From contig NC_086097.1 in the NCBI RefSeq assembly GCF_963921235.1, forward strand, positions 69,752,001-69,816,000: a stretch of DNA of 64,000 nucleotides, in the 5' to 3' direction. The DNA comes from Mobula hypostoma (Eukaryota). Positions 27,490 through 37,789 of the stretch are shown here, in pieces. How positions within the stretch are numbered: position 1 is the first letter of the stretch; each line of letters begins with the position of its first letter. The position numbers were made by a program, and so were the translations under genes. The notes beneath the pieces are model-generated. The model worked only from the letters and a program-made list of their open reading frames with translations, had not been told where the DNA came from and searched no databases.

Positions 27490-28730
27490 TACACTCATCA
27501 AAATACTCTACAACAGGTGCCATGTCATCTGTTATGCACCTGACCCTGACACAGCTAGAAAACAAGGACACGTGTCAGAATACTTTTTCTGAGCTCCAGT
27601 TTGACATTTAACACTACTGTCCCACAGAGTTTGGTGAATAAACCCTACTTGGTCAAAATACACCTCTGTGCAACTGGGTGTTGGATTTTCTATCTGATAG
27701 ATCAGAGATAGTCAGGATGCACAACACTCCTCCCTCCCAATCATCCTCAACATGGGTGCCCCCAGGGTTGTGTGCCGAGTCCTCTGCTGTACATGTGCTT
27801 AGACACATGACTGCACAGCTAAACACTGAGTAATCACGTAGTCAGTTTCACTGATGATACGACAGTGGTGGGGGCTCATCACCCGCAACGAGATGGCCTA
27901 CAGAGAGGATGTGGAAGATCTGGAGGCCTGATGCCAGGCAAATAACCTTTTCCTCAATGTCAACAATATAAAGCAGATGGTTGTCAACTTCAGGAGAATG
28001 TCCACTACTCTCTCCCCTCTTTGCATTGGCAACGCAACAGTGGAAATTATGTGTGATTTCAAACTCCTGGGAGTGCACACCACCCACAACCTTTCATGGT
28101 TCCAGAACATATACTGCACATTCAGGAAAACTTAGCGACACTTTTTTTCTGAGGATGCTAATGAGATGTGGACTATGCACATCTATACTTGGGTCCTTCT
28201 GCAGATGCACGGTAGAGAGCACCATAACATGCTGCATCTTTGCATGGTATGGAGACTGCTCTGTGGTGGACAGGAAGGCTCTACGACAGGTATGCAAAAC
28301 TGCCCAACGCATCACTGGCACCAGCCTACCTGACTATATACAGAAAGGTGTCGGAAAAAGGCCAGTAGCATCAGGAGGAGGGCGAGGTAGCATCTGTGCC
28401 AGGACCATGGTACTTTCCAAATAAAACAGTTATTTTCTCCAAGCAGTAAGGCTGATTAACACCTCCATCCACTACCCACCCCATCACCCCGGCCACCACC
28501 ATTACTTTTATCATTTTCCATCAGTCATCATATATACAGACACTCCTATTCCTAGCACTATTTAATAGACATGCAATCAATAAGCTGTCTTATTTATATT
28601 TATGGGTGTTTTTTTATTGTCATCTTTATCTGATTTTGTTTTTTATATGCTGCATTGAATCAGGAGTAACAATTATTTCATCCTCCTTTACATTTGCGTA
28701 CTGGAAATGACTAAACAATCTTGAATCTAA
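27490..28730 (+). mobile_element. Rex1/Babar-like LINE, 5'-truncated
   Basis: Degenerate RT (LCNWVLDFL, F.DDTTVVG), FCRCTVESTITCCIFAWYG.CS..DRKALRQV.KTAQRITG; tail aaacaatcttgaatct. Confidence 0.85.
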
Positions 28731-29704
28731 TTGCCTGAAGAATACAAAGTATTCAATATGACCTGAAAGCCATTTAAGCTTCCTCTGCAGTTCTGAAAAT
28801 GTTAATAAATTGAAGGGAAAAGTGACATTTGCATCTTGGGAGATCAAATGTAAAGGGAAAATGCATTGTTATCACCACACAGAAAAATATAGAGCCCAAG
28901 TCCCTCAGTAGATAGTCGTGATCCAGCTTGTTCTTCCACCAAGCGAACATCAGAGGGCAGCACTGATGGGAGGGGACAACCCCCAACCCAGTATGGGTTC
29001 CAGCGCACTCAACAGAGACCCCTTCTCTGTCACACTCCAACTCAGCTCTCCACCCCTGGACGACTGCAACAAGGCCTAGTTCTTGCCACAACTAAGCAAT
29101 GCAGCTCCCCTGCAGTTTATCTTGCCAGTGAACTAGATTTGCAGTAACCGGTGTCCAGCAGTGCCTTGCAATTACAATAAAAATGTCCAAGATAATCTCT
29201 CGCTCCATTTGTTGGATTGCACACTGTCTTGTGTACAACAGTACACAAGTCCAAGCAACAGTAATAGTACGCAGTCACTCCAGCTCAATTGCTGTCTGCA
29301 ACTCACTGACGGTTCTGCAGTACTTGATGTTCTTTGCATCCAACAGTGACTTGCAATGGTAAAAAAGATGTACAAGGTGAACAAATACACCTTTAGTTGG
29401 ACCTGCAGTGGGTGCTGCGTCTGTGTACTCCACCATCTTCACATATTGTAGTGTATTTGCACGATGCGAGGAAAATTGCCATTTCAGTTCATTGTTCCTT
29501 TTCTGAACTGAATCTGGGTCTGTGTGTAGGAATAAAGTACGTTTATTTGTTTTGGGAGTTTATATTATTTCTATGAGGAATAGAACTGCTTATATTTAGA
29601 AGGGGCTCGCAAATGAAGAGTAACTACTGGCCTGATATGGAAATCTACGGACTTCAGTCTGTCGAGGAAGTCAGAAAGTTCAAGGTAAATGAGAGTTCAC
29701 ACTG

Positions 29705-29870
29705 GGGTATTGATAGTTTCCTGATTGGTCAGGGCATCAAAGGATATGGCGACAAGGCAGGTGTATGGGGTTGAGTGGGATCCAGGATCAACCATGATGC
29801 AATGGCGGAGCAGACTCGATGGGCTGAATGACCTACTTCTGCTCCTGTGTCTTATGGTCTTATGGTCTAA
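29705..29870 (+). mobile_element. Short CR1 3' UTR insertion
   Basis: Near-identical to 13615-13768; ends in a (cttatggt) repeat tail. Confidence 0.85.
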
Positions 29871-29879
29871 TAATTTCCT

Positions 29880-31621
29880 GACATCTGTAGTGCAGTACAG
29901 GTCAACAGGTGGGAAACAGACAACTTCCCCATCAGGTCTGGAGTCAGGCAGGGCTGTCCTCTCTCCCGTCTTGTTTGTCTGCTACATAGAACCCTTTGCC
30001 GAAGCTATCAGGAGAGATGCGGGCATAAGAGGGGTGATGCTGCCAGGCAGTGGAGGGACCCAAGTGAAAACCTCCCTGTACATGGACGATGTCACCATCT
30101 TCTGTTCTGATCCGAGGTCAGTTCGCAGGCTGATTAGCATCTGCAAACAGTTTGAGCTAGCATCGGGGGCCAGGGTCAACCGCACGAAGAACGAAGCCAT
30201 GCTCTTCGGCAGCTGGCCCGACTGATCCAGTGTCCCCTTCACCATCAGGTCTGATCATGTGAAGGTGTTGGGGATCTGGTTCGGCGGGGCCAAGGCGTGC
30301 AATAAGAACTGGCAGGAGTGGACTGCCAAGGTGAAACAGAAACTGGGACTGTGGGGAGGGCACTCCCTATCGATAACTGGCAAGAACCTGGTCATCAGGT
30401 GTGAGGTGCCCTCAGGGTTGCTGTACTTGGTGTAGGTGTGGCCCGTCCCTCGCTCCTACAGCTTGGAAATCACCCAGGCTGACTTCAGATTCATCTGGGG
30501 ATCCAAGATGGAGCGGGTCAGACAGGTTGTCATGCACAAGACCCTGGACAATGGGGACAAGAACGTCCCCAATGTCGCCCTCACCCTGATGGCCAGCTTC
30601 GTGTGTGGCTGCATCAGTTGTGTGTAGAACCCAGAAATGTGGGCACCAAGTACCACTACGTGCCCAGGTTCTACCTGTAGCCCTGGCTACGAAGGTTGGG
30701 TCTGGCCCCACTCCCACGCAGTGCCCCAGTCAGCTGGTCATTGCCGCCATACCTGTCCTTCGTAGAAAAATTCTTCCAGGATAATGCCTTTGACCACAGG
30801 GCCATCAGGTGGTGGTCGGCACGTAATATCCTGCAGGCACTGCAGGAGAAGGACGTGATGGACACAGTGGGGTGTTTCCCTGAGCAGACTGTCCAGTTCA
30901 TCTGGCAAAATGCCTCATCGCCAGACCTCACCAACAGGCACCAAGACCTTGCCTGGCTGGCAGTGAGAGGGGCCCTCCCAGTCAGAGCCCTCCTGTACAC
31001 CCGGGACATCGTCTCCACACCCCACTGCCCACGGGAGGACTGCAGTGAAGAGGAGTCTGTGACCCACCTCTTTGCACACTGTGAGTTCGCAGAGAAGGTG
31101 GGGAGGAGGATGGACAGGCTAGTGTCATGTTTGATCCCCAGCAGCTGCGTAACAGAGGACTCTCTGATCTACGGGCTGTTCCCGGGGACGCACATGGAGA
31201 CCAACATCCGGTGCTGCTGGCAGATCATCAATTCGGTGAAAGACGCTCTTTGGTCGGCCCAAAACTTGATGATCTACCAGCAGATGGAGATATCCGTGGG
31301 AGAATGCTGCCGACTGGCACATTCTCGGCTGCAGGAGTATGTGCTGAAGGAAGTGCTGAAACTTGGTGCAGTCACCGCAAGGGCCCGGTGGGGAAGTACC
31401 ACAGTTTTGGGTTCTTCTCCCGCTGGAGTGGGAGGGGTCGGGTGACGGAGTATACCCCTCAACAGTGGTGTGGAAAGGTGAAACAACAGAGTGCCACATG
31501 GGTGGCTAAAAGTGTGGTAATGTATAGACCATAATGGAAACTACTGTAAAGGATTGACAGACATTGAATGGTTTATTTTATGTAATTTTATTTTTGAATT
31601 AAATATATTTTGGCTAAAAAA
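29880..31621 (+). mobile_element. Tx1/L1-clade LINE, 5'-truncated ORF2 (RT and zinc-finger region) with A tail
   Basis: SGVRQGCPLSP, YMDD, FELASGARVN..K and CPREDC.EEESVTHLFAHC motifs; GC-rich relative to flanks; several stops and frameshifts; AATTTCCT at 29872-29879 and 31625-31632. Confidence 0.9.
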
Positions 31622-32204
31622 TGAAATTTCCTTACAGCCTGGGAGAAGGCCGTTTTCTCCCATCAGGTTTCACAAAGTGAAAAATGAGAGTATATCTTGC
31701 TCACTATTTTCCCTTGAGCATTTCTTCAACAAACTAAATTGTCATTCTTAAAAATACATCTTCCTTCCTAAAGAAAAAAAAACAAGTATGTTGTGGGAAG
31801 ATTTTATTAATTAAGAGTGATTACTTTGGTACATTTTTTTGGTACATATGTTTAGAGCACAATGTTTGGACTTCCATTTCTCAGATCAGAAAAGCATTGA
31901 AATTTCTAACTATTGGGTGATTGGGGGAAAAAAAAACATTCTGTATCTACCATAACAAAATTTACTTTGCACCTTCATTTTAATTTTGTTGGCAGCCATA
32001 TAGAGGTTGGGGCTCTCACCTACATGTAAACCCAAACAATATCACATGAAATACTGAAGAACTTTGAGCCCACAATGCATATAGACTGGTGTGTGGGGCA
32101 TGACCTCAGTGTTTGCAATATTGTCAATTGCTAGCTATATTTACCTTTCTTTGGTGGAGTTTTACTATTGTAATCTTCTGATAAAGTATTTTTTTCTTTT
32201 GTAG

Positions 32205-32286
32205 ATGAAACCAAAGACACAGAGGTACCACCTGGACCTCAGAACAGTCAGTTGACTTGGAAACAAGGCAGACAGTTACTCAGACA
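32205..32286 (+). CDS. STRN3: Striatin-3 exon 4 equivalent, 82 nt; start of the calmodulin-binding segment
   Basis: ttttttcttttgtag acceptor; (D)ETKDTEVPPGPQNSQLTWKQGRQLLR(Q); donor CA|GTAAGT; phase fits both neighbours. Confidence 0.96.
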
Positions 32287-32335
32287 GTAAGTAAACTGGT
32301 TTGATGATCCCAGCATCTGCAGAGTATTTTAAGTA

Positions 32336-32635
32336 CATAAACACGAGGAATTCTGCAGATGCTGGAAATTCAAGCAACATACATCAAAGTTGCTGGTGAA
32401 CGCAGCAGGCCAGGTGGCATCTCTAAGAAGAGGTACAGTTGAAGTTTCGGGCCGAGACCCTTCGTCAGGACTAACCGAAGGAAGAGCTAGTAAGAGATTT
32501 GAAAAGATCTCAAATCTGTTACTAGCTCTTCCTTCAGTTAGTCCTGACGAAGGGTCTCGGCCCGAAACGTCGACTGTACCTCTTCCTAGAGATGCTGCCT
32601 GGCCTGCTGTGTTCACCAGCAACTTCATGTGTTGC
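32336..32635. mobile_element. Palindromic Penelope-like terminal-repeat insertion
   Basis: Inverted arms 32374-32502 and 32510-32635; flanking direct repeat GAGTATTTTAAGTA at 32322-32335 and 32636-32649. Confidence 0.9.
32539..32576 (+). ncRNA. Minimal type I hammerhead ribozyme motif (Penelope-type)
   Basis: AGTC-CTGACGA-A-GGGT(CTCG)GCCC-GAAA-CGTC-GACT: both core boxes, stem I AGUC/GACU, stem II, palindromic ACGU stem III; predicted cleavage after C32571. Confidence 0.7.
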
Positions 32636-32869
32636 GAGTATTTTAAGTAAACTGATTTGTTCTCTCTTTCCAGCATTTTACAGTTAGATTTTGGGCGGGG
32701 GGGGGTGGAGAGGAATATAATGTTTGCTTAATTTTCTAAGAAGTTTTCTTTTACCCTCTTTACTCAATCTTAATTTGTATATGCTTATTTTATATTCATT
32801 GATAGTTACAGGTCAGGACTGGATTATGTTTCTGTATTCAGCCATGTTCACTTAGATGAGTATTACAAC

Positions 32870-34083
32870 CAGGGATTTTAATCAATTTAACTGAGAATTT
32901 TTATTTGTGAATCACATGCTTCTTTTTTCACAGTAGAGCCCCCCAAAACAGGGAAAATTTGTTAAACACAAAAAACTAAAAATTCAAAAACTGAAATGTC
33001 AGCAGCTTATTTCCTTTTGCTCAGTACTTAGTTGAACCGTCTCTGACAGCTATTATAGTCAATAATCGTTTTGGATAAATCTCTTATTAGCTTTGCACAA
33101 TGCGACAGAGCAAGATTCGCTCTTCCTCCTCGCAAAATTACTCAAGCACTGCCAGGTTAGTTGGGAAGTGGCGGTGGAGAGTAGTCTTGAGGTCTTACCA
33201 GAGATGTTCGATCAAATTAAGATCGGGACTCTGACTGGGCCACTCAAGGACGTCAGTTTTCTTCGTCTGAAGCCACTCCATGGATGCTCTGGCAGTGTGC
33301 TGTGAATCATTTCCTGCTGAAAGATAAAGTTCTTCCCCAGTTTAAGCTTTCCGACAGAGGCGAGGAAGTTTTTATCCACGATCTCTGTGTTCAGCAACAT
33401 GCATCTTCCCAGCAATCTTGACCAGATTTCCTTTCCCTGCCACTGAAAAGCATCACCATAGCATTGATGCTACCTCCATCACACTTTACCATAGGGATGT
33501 TGTTACCTGACTGGTGCACAGTACTGTATTAGATTTATGCCATGTGTACCGTTTGTAGTGTTGAGGCCAAAAAGTTCCACTTTGGTCTCATCTGACCATA
33601 AGACATTCAGGGGTAATGCTCAATACCTTTGAGATGGTCTTGTACCCTTCCCCGGTGTTGTATGTCTCTATTATCATTTCCCTGACTTGTCTTGAATGCT
33701 CTTTTGTCTTCATTTTGGTTTGGTCTGTTAAAAATCTACCATACTGTTAGACCTAACAGTGAGACGGGTTATTTATTCTTATGAATTTATTGAAAAAAGC
33801 TGATCCTCCAATATCCTACATCAACAAATTGGTAACATACAATATGACCTGAGGAAAATTTGCGTAATAACAGAGGGGATGAATACGGTTTCAGTCTTAC
33901 AATTTTGTTTTTTAATTTTTAGTCAATTGTTGACAAGATTTGGAATTTTTCTGTTGATTTGACATGCTGCATAGTGTTGTAGATCTGCTCAAAAAATCCT
34001 ACTTCAATGTATCTTAAATTTAGAAAATGAGACTGTAAGGTGTGAAAATAGTTGTGGGAGCGGAATGCTTTTTCAAGGCGCTG
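32870..34083 (-). mobile_element. Decayed Tc1-like DNA transposon
   Basis: Minus strand encodes WSDETKVELFG, NFIFQQ and [18 protein letters not shown]. Right end CAGCGCCTTGAAAAAGCATTC followed by TA; left end poorly defined. Confidence 0.8.
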
Positions 34084-34634
34084 TAGTAACCATACCACCC
34101 CCCCCCGGACCATTTTTGTAATATATGGCATCAAAGACTGATAAGGAAGAACAATGACTAGTTCTGTTGTTTGTAGAAATAAATGTTTGTCTGTATGTTG
34201 GTCTTTTGAATTTCATAATGCTATGGAAGTTTGCTTATATGTACATGTCCCCTTAAGTTGGGTATTTGTAACCTGGGATAGCGTGTTCCAATGTGTGTTT
34301 TGATAAATCTCCTGTTACTAGAAAAATTATAGTTTTGTGAAAGGATATATTTAATAATTGTAGTTAAGCTAATAAAGTGTTAACTGTTCAAGCTTTGTAA
34401 AATGTTCTTAATGTTAGCATATAAAGCTGTTACCACTGTTAGCATATTTTTGATCAATGTATTCTGCTGTAAACATTCACATGCATTACTTATCAGCAAT
34501 ATTCATTAGTAGCAATTTAAAGGTGCAGAATAAAATGTGAAATAGTTTAATATAAAATCTGGAAGTAAGATAATTGCCAAACAAAACACGAGTTGGAATC
34601 AGAAACTTGGACAATTTTATTTCAAATTTCACAG

Positions 34635-34811
34635 GTATTTACAGGAAGTTGGTTACACAGATACAATTCTGGATGTGCGATCACAAAGAGTGCGATCATT
34701 ATTAGGCCTTACTGGCTCTGAGCAGAATGGGTCAGTTGAGCCCAAGAATCTGGAACAAATTCTTAATGGGGGAGACTCGCCATCTAAACAAAAAGTGCAA
34801 GATGTTAAAAG
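34635..34811 (+). CDS. STRN3: Striatin-3 exon 5 equivalent, 177 nt
   Basis: tttcacag acceptor; YLQEVGYTDTILDVRSQRVRSLLGLTGSEQNGSVEPKNLEQILNGGDSPSKQKVQDVK(R); donor AG|GTGAGA. Confidence 0.97.
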
Positions 34812-35191
34812 GTGAGAAATGAAACTGTTAATTATTTCGTCATTCCTAAAATGCTGATGGAACACTTAAGTATCAGTCTCTTTGAGTAGTTTACTGGATG
34901 AAGCTTAGGTTGAAAGAAAATAGCTTTGCGTGGAAAAGCAAGAAGAATACAGTGGATAGGTATTCTGTGTTCCAATGTGGCTTTCTTTTCCCAATATTGT
35001 TTTTGTTTTGGTACAATGGCTAAAGTTGGCATCATTCAAACCTCACTTGGAGACTTAATGAGGTTTTTAAAATATGTAAACAAAAGGGACAAGACATCAA
35101 CTTTCCATTTTACTTCACTGATGTTGCCTGATCCACTTGAGTTCCTCCAGTGGCTTATTGATTACTTTTTAAATTCACTTTATTTATATGT

Positions 35192-35580
35192 TACATAGTA
35201 TTAGAAACATAGAAAACCCACAGCACAATACAGGCCCTTCTGCTTACAATGCTGTGCTGAACATGTACTTTAGAAATTACCTAGGGTTATCCATAGCCCT
35301 CTATTTTTCTAAGCTCCATTTACCTATCCAGGAGTCTCTTAAAAGACCCAGTTGTATCCGTCTCCACCACCGTCACTGGCAGCTCATTCCACACACTCAT
35401 CACTCTCTGCGTTTTTTAAAAAAAAACTTACTCCTGACATCTCCATTGTACCTACTTCCAAGCACCTTAAAATGCTGAGAAGTGACCTGATAGAGGTGTT
35501 GTAAGATGATGAGAGGCATTGATCGTGTGGATAGTCAGAGGCTTTTTCCCAGGGCTGAAATGGCTAACACGAGAGGGCAC
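35192..35580. mobile_element. CR1 3' fragment with an inverted 5' part
   Basis: 35192-35475 is a minus-strand CR1 3' end; 35476-35580 is the adjacent upstream CR1 sequence on the + strand; ATATGT on both flanks. Confidence 0.75.
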
Positions 35581-35619
35581 ATATGTAGTCTAATAATAAA
35601 TTTGCTTTGAACAATGTAT

Positions 35620-36480
35620 CAATGGCTGTATTAGTGCTGCTTCCTGCATCATGCAGAGCTTAAAAATTTATTACTTTGCTCCCAATTTCCACTCCCGCTT
35701 TCAGTTGGTCCATCTCTGACTCATTACATTCCTTTATTGGAACTCTCTATCTTTATATCAGTTAATCCCAAAAATGCATTACAAGCCAACAGACTCTCAC
35801 CTCTGACTCATTACATTCCTTTCTTGGATCTCTCCATCTTTATATCAGTGAATCCCAAAAATGCATTCTAAGCCAACAGACTCCCACAGCTTCATGATTC
35901 CACTTTCTCCCATCCTGCCTCCTCGAGGTTCTCCATTTCCTTTCTCTGGTTCCTCTCTCTCTTGTGATTTTTTCAAAATAAAGTCTTTCCACACAGGTGC
36001 TTGTGAGTTATCTTTCTTAACTGTGACTTTCCAGGCACCTTAACCATATTCCGCATATTTCCCGCAGCTTTGTTCTTCCAATTTGTCTTCTTCCTGAACA
36101 TGAGATAGAACTCTGCTGGCCTTCACTTTTCATTCTCTGCATTTATCAGGACAATCTTTGCAAATTCCAGCAACTTGAAGAGATTCAACCACCTAACACC
36201 TTCTCCTATCTCAGCATTTTAACAGGTCAGCTCCCTTTGACGACACTCTGATCTGTTCTTCCATCCCCACTAACCATTCTTTTTTTCATTGCACTCATCC
36301 TGAGCCTTTCCTGCCATCCCAAACCCAAACAGTCCTTCAGGGTGAAGAAGTGATTCAGTTGCACTTTTAATCTGCTGCATTCGGTATTTACAAACATGCT
36401 CTCTTCTACACTGGAGAATCCACACACAAGTTAGTGGTCAACTTACAAAACACTTGCATTCAGTCCACATGGATGACTTA
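35620..36480 (+). mobile_element. Old Penelope-like RT/GIY-YIG remnant with an internal 87-bp tandem duplication
   Basis: YKPTDSH motif (tacaagccaacagactctcac) occurs twice; repeat units start at 35714 and 35801. Confidence 0.65.
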
Positions 36481-37547
36481 ATATATATTTCACCATCAAA
36501 GACTCTCCATTGTTGTGACAGTAGATACTTGACAAGATGAGGTAGGTGGGTGTGTTTGTGAGAAGTTTAGCTGCAACTGGTGTTTGCATTGGGTTTTTTG
36601 TGGTCCTGACATATAAACACAAGGTTTTCACTGCCAGTCCAAAATGGTTTGAGTTACAGATTCTCAGGAGTCATTTTGAGATATTGTACTTTTTTATAGA
36701 AGCTTTGAGAACATTTTTGCATCATTTCAATTAACTGTATATTCTGAATTGTCCCCATATATCTTCTTCCAACCCTTTTCCTGTAGAATACTTCTGTTAA
36801 CTTTAAGCTTGCTTCAAGTCTTTTGTCATTCTTTCTCATTGATTTGCTTGTATCCTAGAATCTTGTAAAGTATTTAGGGGCAGATAGAAAATTGAGAATT
36901 ACAAAGTAGTGAAGGACTGCAGAAAAGTGAGATGCTCAAAGAAAAACAATGTATTGATTCTAAAACCTGTATTGGTTTAAATCCCTGGATGACTTTGTCT
37001 CTTCCTGACATGTCCTCTGTTCTACAGGTCTTTGAAATCCTGCTCCTCTGTTTCAAACTATATAATTGCAGTTTGCTAATGTGATTACACAAGCATTCAT
37101 ATTTGGATTAGATTTTATAAAACATTTTGAATATTAATCAAAGTGGAATTAAAGTAGTTGGATTGAACATCTCTGAATCAAAGAGCTTAATGCCAGATTT
37201 GGCTCATGTTCAAATTCAGATTGCATTTATTTCACCTGTTTCACCAAAGAGCACACCATTATGGAGAAGGTTGGTGCTGCAATTTATAGATTTGTTTTTT
37301 GGAAGGGCAAATTTAGAACAGGGAAAGGGTAACAGCAGAAAAAGTAGTTACTTTTGATTTCTGTTGCATCATGTATTTCAGGCTTATAGAAGAAACTTTA
37401 AACTTATGTTGATAATGAGAGGAAAGGATACAATATTAAGAAATTGTGAAATGTGTTGTAAGCAGTTAACTCGCTTTATGAAGTTAATTTCTTAATACCA
37501 GCACTGTCTTTGGATATTGCTAATTTTTTTCTATACTCTATATATAG

Positions 37548-37713
37548 GAATGCTGGAGATAAGCCAAGAGGTGGCTTAGCTGAGGCTGTTCTTGAGACAT
37601 TTAATTTCTTAGAAAACACAGATGATGACAGTGATGATGATGAAGAAGATGGTGAAATGGCAGAAGATATCACAGACAGCAAAGAAAAGCACAGAATAAA
37701 CAAGAAGCATAAA
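37548..37713 (+). CDS. STRN3: Striatin-3 exon 6 equivalent, 166 nt, acidic segment
   Basis: ttttttctatactctatatatag acceptor; NAGDKPRGGLAEAVLETFNFLENTDDDSDDDEEDGEMAEDITDSKEKHRINKKHK; donor AAA|GTAATT; lies within ORF 37510..37749. Confidence 0.92.
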
Positions 37714-37789
37714 GTAATTATTCAAACCTTATTGTGCTACTGTCTTTGAGGGACTTGCACAACTTTGTATAGAATGTATGTACATTGTA

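Noticed and set aside
26675..27494. Three 241-262 aa Gly/Glu/Arg-rich minus-strand ORFs
   Set aside because: All frames are open only because the purine tract cannot encode stops; no protein signal.
30696..31445. 249-aa ORF as a host gene or domesticated protein
   Set aside because: C-terminal part of a Tx1/L1 ORF2 with upstream stops and frameshifts.
32329..32676. Mirror-image ORFs on both strands
   Set aside because: By-product of the Penelope palindrome.
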